Shown: one piece after another, positions 45,164 to 54,351 of the stretch
Layout: each line of letters begins with the position of its first letter
How positions within the stretch are numbered: the stretch's first letter is position 1
Program-made: the position numbers and the translations under genes
Source: Candidatus Colwellbacteria bacterium
GTDB taxonomy: Bacteria > Patescibacteriota > Minisyncoccia > UBA6257 > Colwellbacteraceae
Assembly: GCA_016176525.1 (NCBI GenBank)
Contig: JACOWZ010000003.1
Coordinates: 256,001-320,000 of the forward strand
Direction of reading: 5' to 3'
DNA: 64,000 bases
The notes under the pieces: generated by a model
Seen by the model: the letters and a program-made list of their open reading frames with translations, nothing else
What the model was told of the DNA's origin: nothing
Database searches by the model: none

Positions 45164-45583
45164 ATGAACAAAAATCTATTAAGTACTGCAGGTTTGGTTA
45201 TTTTAGTTATTATTGGCGTTTTGTTTGTGCCATTGCCTTCGCCAGGGTACACGGCGGTTACAACAATATCCGGCGAATTCTTTGTAGGTAAGGCGCAAAA
45301 GGCTCTGCTCTCTCATTATATTGAGCTTAAACAGCCGTTTGTATTACAAAGCATAGTTGGAGAAAACCAAACCCCTACCCCGCAGTTGTTTAATTTAGGC
45401 ACGGATTCTTACTGGCTGCCCACTTCGGTAAAAATAAATATTAAAAATATAGTTATAAAGGGCAAAGTAAACCCAGAGAGCCCTATAGCCCAAGCATTGG
45501 ATGCGTTTAATGCCCCTGCACCAGCACCTGCGCCGGTAGAACAAGAAACTACAGAAACTACAACTCCTCCTTCAAGTGAATAA
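45164..45583 (+). CDS. hypothetical membrane-anchored protein
   Basis: N-terminal TM anchor and an Ala/Pro-rich C-terminus. Confidence 0.4.
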   Translation: MNKNLLSTAGLVILVIIGVLFVPLPSPGYTAVTTISGEFFVGKAQKALLSHYIELKQPFVLQSIVGENQTPTPQLFNLGTDSYWLPTSVKINIKNIVIKGKVNPESPIAQALDAFNAPAPAPAPVEQETTETTTPPSSE

Positions 45584-46970
45584 AGTTGTGTATAGCCCTT
45601 TCTTTTAGGGCGTAGAGCATGCCGAAGTATATAGCGGCAGAGAAGACCACGTTTACCATTACGTGCACTCCAAACGTTTGCATAAGGATTATTCCCGCGG
45701 TCATAATTGCCGAGGAGAGTAGAATTTTCGGCATATGCGGCAAGATTCGGAAATAATTTATTCGCTTCATCTTCCACCACCCCCAACCTACTATTATCAG
45801 TTGGTTCGCAAGCGTAGAAACTGCTGCGCCAACTATCCCAAGAATCGGAATAAATAAGATATTAAAGATAATATTGCCCACCATTCCAGCGGTTGCATAA
45901 ATCAAAAATGCACGCTGTTCATTATGGGCAAAAACAGCATTGCCTATAAGTATAGCTGGGAAGACTATTAGCATTGTTGAGGATAAAATTAGAAATGAAG
46001 TTGCGCCCTCCAGGTATTCTGCGCCATAGACTAGGTCTATTATCGGACCGGCTAGTAACACGCTGCCTATAGAGAGCGGTAAGGCCGCCATAAAAATAAT
46101 TGTTAGAGCAGATTCAAATGTTTTGCGGAATTGGTTTGTGTCAGTTACAAGTTTTGCAAGGCGCGGGAAAAAAGCTGTTGCAAGGAGCGTCGGCAGCATA
46201 TACAAAAGTTGCACTATTTTTTGGCCAGCGGCGTACAAGCCCACATCGCGCGCATCTAACATCCAGCCTATCATTAGAATATCTGTGTTAATCATTACAA
46301 CAGACATTATTGATAGAATTCCAAAGGGCCATGCTGTTTTTAGAATCCATATTGCAAGGCCTTTATCAAAATGCGTAAAAATGCCTTTAATGTGGTGCCG
46401 CAGATCTATGGCGATTGAAAGAAGACCTAGTAGAACTCCAAGCGTATAGCCGAACATCAAAGAGCCAGATGTTGGATTAAATATTAAAAACGCAAAGCCT
46501 AAGGCGGCGATCAAGGCGTTTGTAAGCACATTGTTGCGTCCCTCAATCTCCATTCTCTCCAGAGCACGTGAGATTGCCGCGCCCATATCTCGCAGAGCGT
46601 CAAATACGAATATAAAAACTACGTAGGGCAAAAGTGTGGCGACCTCTGCTATGTTTGTAAGCTTAGCGCCGAACAAAATTATTATTGCACCAAAGCCCAA
46701 AAGGAGAGCTCCTTTTACAAAAAGCGAGGCGGAGATGTAGCGGGAGCGCAACTCCGGGTTTTTGGTTGCCTCGCGGGTTAGTAGCGCGTTTACGCCAATG
46801 TCTGAAAATACGGTTAAAAATGTGGCAAGGGCTAGCGCGTAAGAAAAAGCGCCCCAGCTTGCGGCGCCCAAGATGCGGGCGGAGTAGATTATTATAAGAG
46901 TACGTAGTGTGCGGCCTACGGACTGGCCAATAAATAGCCAGATGGCGTTTTTGCGGATAGTACGGTCCAT
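45558..46970 (-). CDS. MOP-superfamily flippase (Wzx/MurJ-like)
   Basis: 470 aa, about 12-14 TM segments, N-terminal pattern of the polysaccharide-biosynthesis/MviN family. Confidence 0.6.
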   Translation of the reverse strand: MDRTIRKNAIWLFIGQSVGRTLRTLIIIYSARILGAASWGAFSYALALATFLTVFSDIGVNALLTREATKNPELRSRYISASLFVKGALLLGFGAIIILFGAKLTNIAEVATLLPYVVFIFVFDALRDMGAAISRALERMEIEGRNNVLTNALIAALGFAFLIFNPTSGSLMFGYTLGVLLGLLSIAIDLRHHIKGIFTHFDKGLAIWILKTAWPFGILSIMSVVMINTDILMIGWMLDARDVGLYAAGQKIVQLLYMLPTLLATAFFPRLAKLVTDTNQFRKTFESALTIIFMAALPLSIGSVLLAGPIIDLVYGAEYLEGATSFLILSSTMLIVFPAILIGNAVFAHNEQRAFLIYATAGMVGNIIFNILFIPILGIVGAAVSTLANQLIIVGWGWWKMKRINYFRILPHMPKILLSSAIMTAGIILMQTFGVHVMVNVVFSAAIYFGMLYALKERAIHNFIHLKEEL

Positions 46971-46977
46971 TTATGTG

Positions 46978-47006
46978 TTGATATACAAAAAAGGATAGCA
47001 TATAAT
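46978..47006 (+). promoter_or_regulatory. near-consensus sigma-70 promoter (TTGATA-N17-TATAAT)
   Basis: ttgata at 46978-46983, a 17-nt spacer and tataat at 47001-47006. The -10 ends about 10 nt before ATG 47016, which implies a leaderless or near-leaderless mRNA. Confidence 0.55.
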
Positions 47007-47015
47007 ATAGCTATT

Positions 47016-47243
47016 ATGGTAAAAATTTACACAACTCCTTCTTGTGTTTATTGCAAACAAGCAAAAGAATACTTCCAAAAAAATGGTGTTGAGTACACCG
47101 AGGTAGATGTTGTGCGCGACGAGGCCGCTCGAGACGAGATGATTAAAAAGTCCGGCCAAATGGGGGTGCCGGTTATAGACATCAACGGCCAAATTGTAAT
47201 TGGCTTTAACCAAAAACAAGTCGAAAAAGCATTAAAGAAATAA
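47016..47243 (+). CDS. glutaredoxin-like protein (NrdH/Grx family, CVYC active site)
   Basis: MVKIYTTPSCVYCKQAKEYF..., 75 aa. Confidence 0.8.
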   Translation: MVKIYTTPSCVYCKQAKEYFQKNGVEYTEVDVVRDEAARDEMIKKSGQMGVPVIDINGQIVIGFNQKQVEKALKK

Positions 47244-47251
47244 TTCATATT

Positions 47252-47539
47252 ATGTTTGAGAAATTTAAAAATGTGTTTGAGAGCGAAGAGGCTAAGGTTG
47301 AGCGTGAAGCTGAAGAGAAAAGGAAACAGGATGCAGTTAGGGCGCGTAGAGAGAAAGACAAACTTGAAGCAAAGAAACTTCTCTCTGAATTTAGCATTCA
47401 TGCAGCTAAAAAGAGATTATCAGAAGGAGAAGATCCTACTGACTCAGCAATGTTAAATTGGGAGAAGAAAAATTTGGAAGACACGAAATCTAAGCTTGAT
47501 CTAGCCAAAGAGCTAGAAAAAAACAAACCCGATAAGTAA
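47252..47539 (+). CDS. hypothetical Lys/Glu-rich coiled-coil protein
   Basis: 95 aa of charged, low-complexity sequence. Confidence 0.35.
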   Translation: MFEKFKNVFESEEAKVEREAEEKRKQDAVRARREKDKLEAKKLLSEFSIHAAKKRLSEGEDPTDSAMLNWEKKNLEDTKSKLDLAKELEKNKPDK

Positions 47540-47549
47540 TAGATAAGTT

Positions 47550-48470
47550 ATGTACGATTTGATAATTATAGGCGCCGGGCCGGGTGGTGTCGCCGCAGGC
47601 ATTTACGCTGCACGCAAGAAGATTAAAGTTGCACTTATTGCAGAGAGTTTTGGTGGGCAATCTTTGGTCTCCGCTGATGTTCAAAACTGGATTGGCACAA
47701 AGTCTGTTTCTGGCTATGACTTCGGCAAAATGCTAGAAGAGCATCTTAAAGCATATAAAGACGATATAGAAATTATTGAAGGTGAAAGAGTAAACGGTGT
47801 TGAAAAACTTGATAGTGGTTTTAAGGTTAAAACTAACGCCGGCAAAGCATTAGAAACCAAGGCAGTTTTGGTTTTATCCGGAAGTCGGCGCAGAAAACTT
47901 GGCGTGCCAGGGGAGAAAGAACTGGATGGAAGGGGCTTGGCATATTGCTCTATTTGCGATGCGCCGCTTTTTGGGGGTAAGGATGTTGCTGTTATTGGCG
48001 GCGGAAATGCCGGATTAGAGGCAGTGCTAGATTTAGACCCGTATGCAAAGAAAATTTATTTGCTTGAATACAGTGATTCTTTAAAAGGGGATCCTGTTAC
48101 GCAGGAAAAAATTAAGAAAAACTCGAAGGTAGAAGTTTGGACCAATATTAAAACAACAGAAATTTTTGGGGACAAATTTGTTGAAGGCATAAAGTATGAA
48201 GATTTAAAGACTGGGGACAAAAAAGAGTTGAAACTAGGGGGAGTGTTTGTAGAAATAGGCGCTATTCCAAACACAGAGTTTGTTAAAGATTTAGTTGCTA
48301 CAAACAAGTATGGTGAGATAGTTGTTGACCACAAAACACAGCGCGCGTCCGTGGAGGGCATTTGGGCGGCGGGGGACGCCTCCGATGTGCTCTACAAACA
48401 AAACAACATCTCTGCTGGAGATGCTATAAAGGCAGTCTTAAATATTTACGACTATTTAAGTAAGTTATAA
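47550..48470 (+). CDS. trxB: thioredoxin-disulfide reductase
   Basis: LIIIGAGPGGVAAGIYAAR (FAD), CSICDAPLF redox-active site, VAVIGGGNAGLEA (NADPH). Confidence 0.85.
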   Translation: MYDLIIIGAGPGGVAAGIYAARKKIKVALIAESFGGQSLVSADVQNWIGTKSVSGYDFGKMLEEHLKAYKDDIEIIEGERVNGVEKLDSGFKVKTNAGKALETKAVLVLSGSRRRKLGVPGEKELDGRGLAYCSICDAPLFGGKDVAVIGGGNAGLEAVLDLDPYAKKIYLLEYSDSLKGDPVTQEKIKKNSKVEVWTNIKTTEIFGDKFVEGIKYEDLKTGDKKELKLGGVFVEIGAIPNTEFVKDLVATNKYGEIVVDHKTQRASVEGIWAAGDASDVLYKQNNISAGDAIKAVLNIYDYLSKL

Positions 48471-48473
48471 GCC

Positions 48474-48558
48474 CTAAGTCTTAATTTCTAATCAAGATCT
48501 AATCTCTTAAGACTTAAGTAAGTAAAACTTCAATAGAACTTAAAAATTAGAACTTAGA
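48474..48558. mobile_element. cargo-less copy of the inverted-repeat element (MITE-like)
   Basis: ctaagtcttaatttctaatcaag (48474-48496) matches the 14761 repeat at 22/23 positions. The reverse complement of 48544-48557 matches the right-repeat core ctaagttctaattt at 14/14. Confidence 0.45.
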
Positions 48559-48562
48559 AATT

Positions 48563-49468
48563 ATGTCTCTATGGTATAAGGTTGCCGCCGGTTTGCTTGC
48601 GAGCATGTTTTCTTTGTATGTGCTTTTTGGCCTTGCTATGCCGGCGGATGATTATCTTACTGCTTCTCTTTTTGGCCCCGCCGAGGATTTACAGTCTAGT
48701 ATTAGTGATGAAAGTTTAGACGAGGGTGTTATGATTAATCATAACACCGAGAATTTATCTGTTCAGCCACCTACACCTCCACCTTCTGCGCTAGCACCTC
48801 TTCCACCGCCGGTTTTTTGTCTAAACGGAAACACTGTTGCGTCTAATTGCACAGTTGTTCTTGTGCCGCCTACACCCCTGCCTCAAACTCAACCAACCAC
48901 TCCGCCACCAGTGCCAGTGCCTCCTCCGGTGCCATCGTCTCTTTCACCTCTATTATCACCACCTACCTCTGTATCCAATGAAACTATGATTAATCATAGT
49001 TACGGCGAAAAATGGTATGTAAGCTCGCACCCCTCTGCAAAATATTATTACTGCGAAGAGAGCGATGGATGGAAGAATTTATCAAAAGATTATTTGCAAG
49101 TTTATGATTCCGAGGAGGAATTACTTGAAGATTTTCCAAACCATACATTACACGGTTCGTGCGCTGGTGGCGAAGATGAATCAAAAGCCGAAATTGAAGC
49201 AGAAGTTTCTATAGAACAAAGCAGCGAGCCGGCTGCAGAGCAAGAACAAGGTGTACAAATTGAATGTATTGATATAAATTCTGCTACCAAAGAAGAGTTA
49301 ATGGATATTAAATGGTTAGGCGGACAAGGTATAATAGCGCAAAAAGTGATAGATTCTAGAGAAACTGAAGGTCCGTTTGCGTCAATTGATGATTTAACTC
49401 GTGTGAGTGGTATAGGCGACTCTAAACTTGATGATATTAAACAACAGGGTCTAGCTTGTGTACAATAG
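48563..49468 (+). CDS. secreted or membrane-anchored protein with a CLNGNTVASNC motif, a Pro-rich region and a C-terminal ComEA-like helix-hairpin-helix DNA-binding domain
   Basis: N-terminal TM segment. VFCLNGNTVASNCTVV. C-terminus IDINSATKEELMDIKWLGGQGIIAQKVIDSRETEGPFASIDDLTRVSGIGDSKLDDIKQQG resembles the ComEA HhH domain. Confidence 0.6.
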   Translation: MSLWYKVAAGLLASMFSLYVLFGLAMPADDYLTASLFGPAEDLQSSISDESLDEGVMINHNTENLSVQPPTPPPSALAPLPPPVFCLNGNTVASNCTVVLVPPTPLPQTQPTTPPPVPVPPPVPSSLSPLLSPPTSVSNETMINHSYGEKWYVSSHPSAKYYYCEESDGWKNLSKDYLQVYDSEEELLEDFPNHTLHGSCAGGEDESKAEIEAEVSIEQSSEPAAEQEQGVQIECIDINSATKEELMDIKWLGGQGIIAQKVIDSRETEGPFASIDDLTRVSGIGDSKLDDIKQQGLACVQ

Positions 49469-50652
49469 AGAGGATGAGAATAGGGTTATTTACAGACAGT
49501 TATTTGCCTATGCGGCATGGTGTGCAGGCGCATATTGATTCTCTGCGCGAAGGTTTGCAGCAGCTTGGCCACGAGGTTTATATTTATGCGCCGCGTGTGC
49601 CGGGCTATAAAGACGAAACGCAAAATATATTTAGGTTGAGTTCGTTTCGCGTTATAAAGAAACCGGATATGCGCATTGCTTTGCCGCACATAAAAGACGC
49701 CCATATACGCGATATTGTAAAAATGCCGCTTGATATTGTGCATACACATTCGCCTTTTAGTATCGGCTTTTTGGGTGAATATATTGCAAAGAAGCAGAAA
49801 ATCCCAATGTTTTATACGCACCACACAGACTACACACACTATGCAAGCGTTTATATGAAAGAAAAAGTGTTTTTGCCGCGTTTTGCAAAAAAATATATTA
49901 AGTGGTTTGCGGACAAAAGCACTGCGGTTATAGCGCCTTCGGAAAAGGTTAGGCAGATGCTTGTAAGTTATAATGTGACATCGCCGATACATATCTTACC
50001 CAGCGGCATAAATTGCAAAGAGTTTGTTTTGGACGAAGGCGATATAGCCAAAACCAAGGAGCTTAAAAAACGGCTTGGGTTTGGTATAGAGAACAAAATA
50101 ATTTTGTATTTTGGCAGAATAGGAGCAGAGAAAAATATAGATTTCTTGATTAAATCTTTCTCTGTGGTACAAGAAAAAATGCCACAGACAAGGTTTGTTG
50201 TTGCAGGTGATGGAAGTTATTTAAAGCATTTGCGCGCGCTTGCAAAAAAGCTTGGGCTGCAAGAAAAAGTGGTTTTTACGGGTTTTGTGCCCGAAGAAGA
50301 GAAAAAACTGTATTACGGCATGGCAGATGCTTTTGTATTCGCATCGCACACAGAAACACAGGGTTTGGTTATATTAGAAGCGCTCGCTAGCGGATTGCCG
50401 GTTGTTGCATTGCGCGATTCTGCAATAGAAGCTGCGGTTGCAGATGGCATAAGTGGTTTTCTCGTTGAGGGTGGTGAAACTGATTTTGCGGACAAGGTTT
50501 TACAAGTGCTAAAAAATCTAGAGCTTGCAGTAAGGTTGCGTGCGGGTGCGAAGCAAACTGCATTAAATTTTGATGAAAAGAACTCCACTCTAAAGATGTT
50601 ACAACTCTACGAGAATTATCGCGTGAGTTCTACTGTTCCAATTCAGAGTTAG
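49456..50652 (+). CDS. glycosyltransferase family 4
   Basis: RIGLFTDSYLPMRHGVQ, ETQGLVILEALASGLPVVA. Confidence 0.7.
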   Translation: MCTIERMRIGLFTDSYLPMRHGVQAHIDSLREGLQQLGHEVYIYAPRVPGYKDETQNIFRLSSFRVIKKPDMRIALPHIKDAHIRDIVKMPLDIVHTHSPFSIGFLGEYIAKKQKIPMFYTHHTDYTHYASVYMKEKVFLPRFAKKYIKWFADKSTAVIAPSEKVRQMLVSYNVTSPIHILPSGINCKEFVLDEGDIAKTKELKKRLGFGIENKIILYFGRIGAEKNIDFLIKSFSVVQEKMPQTRFVVAGDGSYLKHLRALAKKLGLQEKVVFTGFVPEEEKKLYYGMADAFVFASHTETQGLVILEALASGLPVVALRDSAIEAAVADGISGFLVEGGETDFADKVLQVLKNLELAVRLRAGAKQTALNFDEKNSTLKMLQLYENYRVSSTVPIQS

Positions 50653-50660
50653 GTGATAGA

Positions 50661-51410
50661 ATGGGCTCTATGATTTCTGTAATAATACCCACATTAAACG
50701 AGGAAAAATTTGTAGGCGGCATTTTGTCTGACTTAACTTCGCAATTATACAAAGACTTTGAGGTTATTGTGGCGGATTCTAAGTCCGAAGACCGCACACG
50801 TGAGGTTGTTAAGTCGTTTGAGGATAAGCTTAATGTAAAACTGGTTTTAGGCGATGCACGGGGGGTTGCGCTTGCGCGCAACCATGGCGCGGATGCTGCG
50901 AGCGGAGAGTGGCTTCTGTTTCTTGATGCCGATGTAAGAATTGGGCCAAATTTTCTAGAACGTTTTATAGTAGGGGCCAAAAAAAAGGGATTGGACGCCG
51001 CTTCTGCATACACTAAACCGCTGGATAAAAAGCTTATTTATAAGCTCGGCAACTGGCTTACTATGCGCTATATGCTTAGTTTCCAGCGTTCAAAATCTCC
51101 AATGGCTGGCGGCTATTGCATATTGGTTAAGAAAGTAATTCATCAGAAAATAGGCGGGTTTGACCCTAAACTAAAGTTGGCGGAGGACCATGACTATCTA
51201 ACAAGAGCCGTTAAAGCCGGGGCAAAATTTAGATATGTTAAGAGTGCCAGAATTGGCGTATCTATGCGCAGGTTTGAAGAAAAGGGAAGGTTTAAGTTGG
51301 CTTTTGATTACATTAAGTCCGAAATCTACAGGTTTGCGCATAAGGGCAGAATAGAGAAAGAAATAGTTAAGTACGAATTTGGAGGCCACGGTGAGAACAA
51401 TAAGAATTAA
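50661..51410 (+). CDS. glycosyltransferase family 2
   Basis: ISVIIPTLNEEKFVGGIL...FEVIVADSKSEDRT, LFLDADV. Confidence 0.75.
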   Translation: MGSMISVIIPTLNEEKFVGGILSDLTSQLYKDFEVIVADSKSEDRTREVVKSFEDKLNVKLVLGDARGVALARNHGADAASGEWLLFLDADVRIGPNFLERFIVGAKKKGLDAASAYTKPLDKKLIYKLGNWLTMRYMLSFQRSKSPMAGGYCILVKKVIHQKIGGFDPKLKLAEDHDYLTRAVKAGAKFRYVKSARIGVSMRRFEEKGRFKLAFDYIKSEIYRFAHKGRIEKEIVKYEFGGHGENNKN

Positions 51411-51413
51411 ATT

Positions 51414-51887
51414 GTGGTTGCAATTCTCCATAATATAAGAAGTCTCCATAATGTCGGCTCTATCTTCCGTACTGCAGATGGCGCCGGCGTAAAAAAGCTC
51501 TATCTGACAGGCTACACTCCCTCTCCGGTGGATAAATTTGGCAAAAAGATACCACAACTTACAAAAGTTTCACTCGGCGCCGAAGATAGTGTTGAATGGG
51601 AGAAAGTTTCTAATATCAGCTTTCTAATATCCCACCTAAAGCGCGATGGCTACAAAATCTATGCCGTAGAACAGTCCCCGCGCTCAATTCCCTATAATTC
51701 TAAAGGTGTTATGACGCATCATAACACCGCTAAGAAACTCGTTTTAGTTTTTGGTAATGAGGTGAGAGGATTATCTAAGGCGATACTCAAAAAATGCGAC
51801 AAAATCTTGGAAATCCCAATGCGCGGCAAGAAAGAATCCCTAAACGTATCTGTCGCGTTTGGAATAGTGGTTTATGGTATAATGTAG
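51414..51887 (+). CDS. SpoU/TrmH-family RNA 2'-O-methyltransferase
   Basis: ILHNIRSLHNVGSIFRTADGAGV, VFGNEVRGLS, ESLNVSVAFGIVVY (SPOUT motifs). Confidence 0.75.
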   Translation: MVAILHNIRSLHNVGSIFRTADGAGVKKLYLTGYTPSPVDKFGKKIPQLTKVSLGAEDSVEWEKVSNISFLISHLKRDGYKIYAVEQSPRSIPYNSKGVMTHHNTAKKLVLVFGNEVRGLSKAILKKCDKILEIPMRGKKESLNVSVAFGIVVYGIM

Positions 51888-51896
51888 TTGTAGCGA

Positions 51897-53243
51897 GTGG
51901 AAATATTATCTACTCGTTTTTTAAATCTCAATAATTCAATTATGGCTTTAAAAAGCAAAAGCGAGAAGCCTGCTATAGGTATTTTTCATTACTCCAGCCC
52001 GCCTAATACATCCGGGGTTGATGTTATTATAAGAGACCAAGCCAGATTTTTTAGGCAATATGGCTACAAAGTTTTTATAGTTGCAGGCGTTGGCAGGCAG
52101 TTCCGTAAAGATATACCCGTGCATATTATAAAGCGCATGAATCCGCGCCACCCGTTTGTTTTTCCTTTATTTGAGGAGTTAAGAAAAGGGATTGTTTCGC
52201 GCGAGTTTAAACAATTTGAGCGCAGCCTTTTTAACCAAATTAAGAACTATATTGTTAAAAACGACATAAAAGTTTGTATACTGCACAATTTATTTACGAG
52301 GCCGTATAACCCGGCGCTTGCTTCCGCGCTTGCGCGTTTGGTGCAAAAAATGCCGGAGGTTAAGTTTATCTCGTGGGTGCACGACACGGTTTTTTATGAG
52401 GAGCCAAATTCTGTGCTCGGCAAAGAGCTTGCGGATGTTTATCCATGGAAGCTATTTGCTAAACCTATCCCGGGGATAATATATATATGTGTTTCGCACT
52501 ACCTAAAAGGCAATTTACTTAAGGCTTTCGGTGAAAATTCCGGCGCGCGCATTGAGGTTATACCAAACGGCCACGACGTTGAAAAATTTTGGGGGCTTAG
52601 CCCAGTAATTAGGGCGTTGTACAAAGATATAGATGGTCTAGGTAGCGAGCTTATAGGTGTTGTGCCGGTTAGAGCAATCCCTAGAAAGAATCTTGAGCTT
52701 GCGCTTAATATTACCAAAGCGATGAACGACCATGGCACGGATTTTAAACTGCTTTTAACCGCAAAAATGGACTACAAACGGCAGATTAACATGGATTATT
52801 ACAAAAAACTAAAGCAGTTAGTAAAAGATTTAAAAATAAAAGATAAAGTTTTCTTTTTGTCTGAATATTTTGATAAGTTTTCTGATGAGAAAACCGGTGT
52901 TCCGGATATCGCGATTTCGGAGTTATACACCATATCTGACCTTTTGCTTTTAACGAGTAAAATGGAGGGTTTTGGTTTGCCGTTATTGGAGGCGGGCTTG
53001 ATGCGTTGCCCAATATTTGCGGCCGATATCCCGCCTCTGCGCGAGATAGGCACTACTAACATTAACTATTTTAACCTTGAAATGTCCTCATCAGAGATAG
53101 CGGACTTTATTTTGGAAAATATAAGAAGAATGCCGCAGGCATATTTCTACAGAAAAATTATAAAGAGATATTCCCTGCGTGGTATTTTTGAGAAGAGCGT
53201 CTTGCCGCTGGTAAACGAGAGTAATGCCAAGACAAAGGAATAA
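51897..53243 (+). CDS. glycosyltransferase family 4-like
   Basis: TSKMEGFGLPLLEAGLMRCPIFAADIP. Confidence 0.55.
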   Translation: MEILSTRFLNLNNSIMALKSKSEKPAIGIFHYSSPPNTSGVDVIIRDQARFFRQYGYKVFIVAGVGRQFRKDIPVHIIKRMNPRHPFVFPLFEELRKGIVSREFKQFERSLFNQIKNYIVKNDIKVCILHNLFTRPYNPALASALARLVQKMPEVKFISWVHDTVFYEEPNSVLGKELADVYPWKLFAKPIPGIIYICVSHYLKGNLLKAFGENSGARIEVIPNGHDVEKFWGLSPVIRALYKDIDGLGSELIGVVPVRAIPRKNLELALNITKAMNDHGTDFKLLLTAKMDYKRQINMDYYKKLKQLVKDLKIKDKVFFLSEYFDKFSDEKTGVPDIAISELYTISDLLLLTSKMEGFGLPLLEAGLMRCPIFAADIPPLREIGTTNINYFNLEMSSSEIADFILENIRRMPQAYFYRKIIKRYSLRGIFEKSVLPLVNESNAKTKE

Positions 53244-54351
53244 ATATCTTTTTATTGCAATGGGCCCTGGCGAAACTAGCCAGGCAAGGGCTCTTGCCAC
53301 GTATATTGCAGAGCAAGGCGAAGATGTTTATTTTGGCGTCAGACAAAAGGCAAATCTATGGTTTATTGAGTTAAACGGAACCCGCTTTAAACGCATTTTT
53401 ATAGCGCCCACCGCGGATAGATTTGCGAAAATCGCGCGCAGAATTAAGCCTGATGTTATAGTATTTTGCAATTCTAAAATATGGGAGCCTGATGAAAAAT
53501 TTCATCAGGCGCCGATATTTCCTGGCGCGATTAATGTTTGTTTAGACTCTAACTGGCTTTTTAACAAGAAGTTGTACCCGCCGAAGTTTAAATTTATATC
53601 TTGGGCTGACAAATATTTTATAACGTTTCCAAAACGAGTGTTCGAAAACGGCCTAAAGAAAAATGGCGGAGGGTTTGTTATAGGGCGCGAGATGAGAGAC
53701 AAAATCTTGCCAGTCGGCTTTATACCCTCTTACTCTTTAAGTGGTGCGCCAAGAGGCAACAAGGCAAGAGTCAGGCGCAAGTACAAAATTAAGCCTGGGG
53801 AGAAATTTATATTTTCTTACTTTAGCGGGCATGGCGCCACTCACCGAGTTTGGGCGTTTTATAATCTAATAAAGGCTGTAGATAAACTTATAAGCGAGGA
53901 TAAAAAAATTAAGGTTTTGTATGTTGGCAGAACTGATGATTTAGATCCGGAAATGTTACAGAGGCCTTGGCTTATAGCACCGGGCAGTATTGAGGCGGGA
54001 GATGAGTTTTTTTTAACGCTTGCTGCATCGGATTTGGTTTTTCAGCACCAAGGTTTAGCGACTTTATCGCAGGCGATTTCCGCAAGAGTGCCTGTTATAG
54101 CCAATATTGCTTACTTAAAGGACAAACCCTTACCGAGAATTCATTTTTGGGAAGTAGGCCCGTTTGAAAAGGCCGGCGTTTGCAAAATTCTTACAAAAAG
54201 CACGCTGACTGAAAAAGTTGCTTCAGAGATCAAAGCATTGCTTTACGATAAAAAGCAAATAAATGCAATTAAAACAAGACAACAGAAACTTTATGAAAGC
54301 GGAGAGAAGGAAGCTTATAGTATAATTAAAGGATTATTGGAAAAGAAGTGA
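53224..54351 (+). CDS. hypothetical protein, possible GT-B-fold glycosyltransferase
   Basis: N-terminal GPGETSQARALA loop, as seen in GT28/MurG-like enzymes. This is weak evidence. Confidence 0.3.
   Translation: MPRQRNKYLFIAMGPGETSQARALATYIAEQGEDVYFGVRQKANLWFIELNGTRFKRIFIAPTADRFAKIARRIKPDVIVFCNSKIWEPDEKFHQAPIFPGAINVCLDSNWLFNKKLYPPKFKFISWADKYFITFPKRVFENGLKKNGGGFVIGREMRDKILPVGFIPSYSLSGAPRGNKARVRRKYKIKPGEKFIFSYFSGHGATHRVWAFYNLIKAVDKLISEDKKIKVLYVGRTDDLDPEMLQRPWLIAPGSIEAGDEFFLTLAASDLVFQHQGLATLSQAISARVPVIANIAYLKDKPLPRIHFWEVGPFEKAGVCKILTKSTLTEKVASEIKALLYDKKQINAIKTRQQKLYESGEKEAYSIIKGLLEKK

Noticed and set aside
49486-49992. 168-aa minus-strand ORF
   Set aside because: It is antisense to a well-supported GT4 glycosyltransferase. 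Its composition (His/Arg/Cys-rich) is not protein-like.
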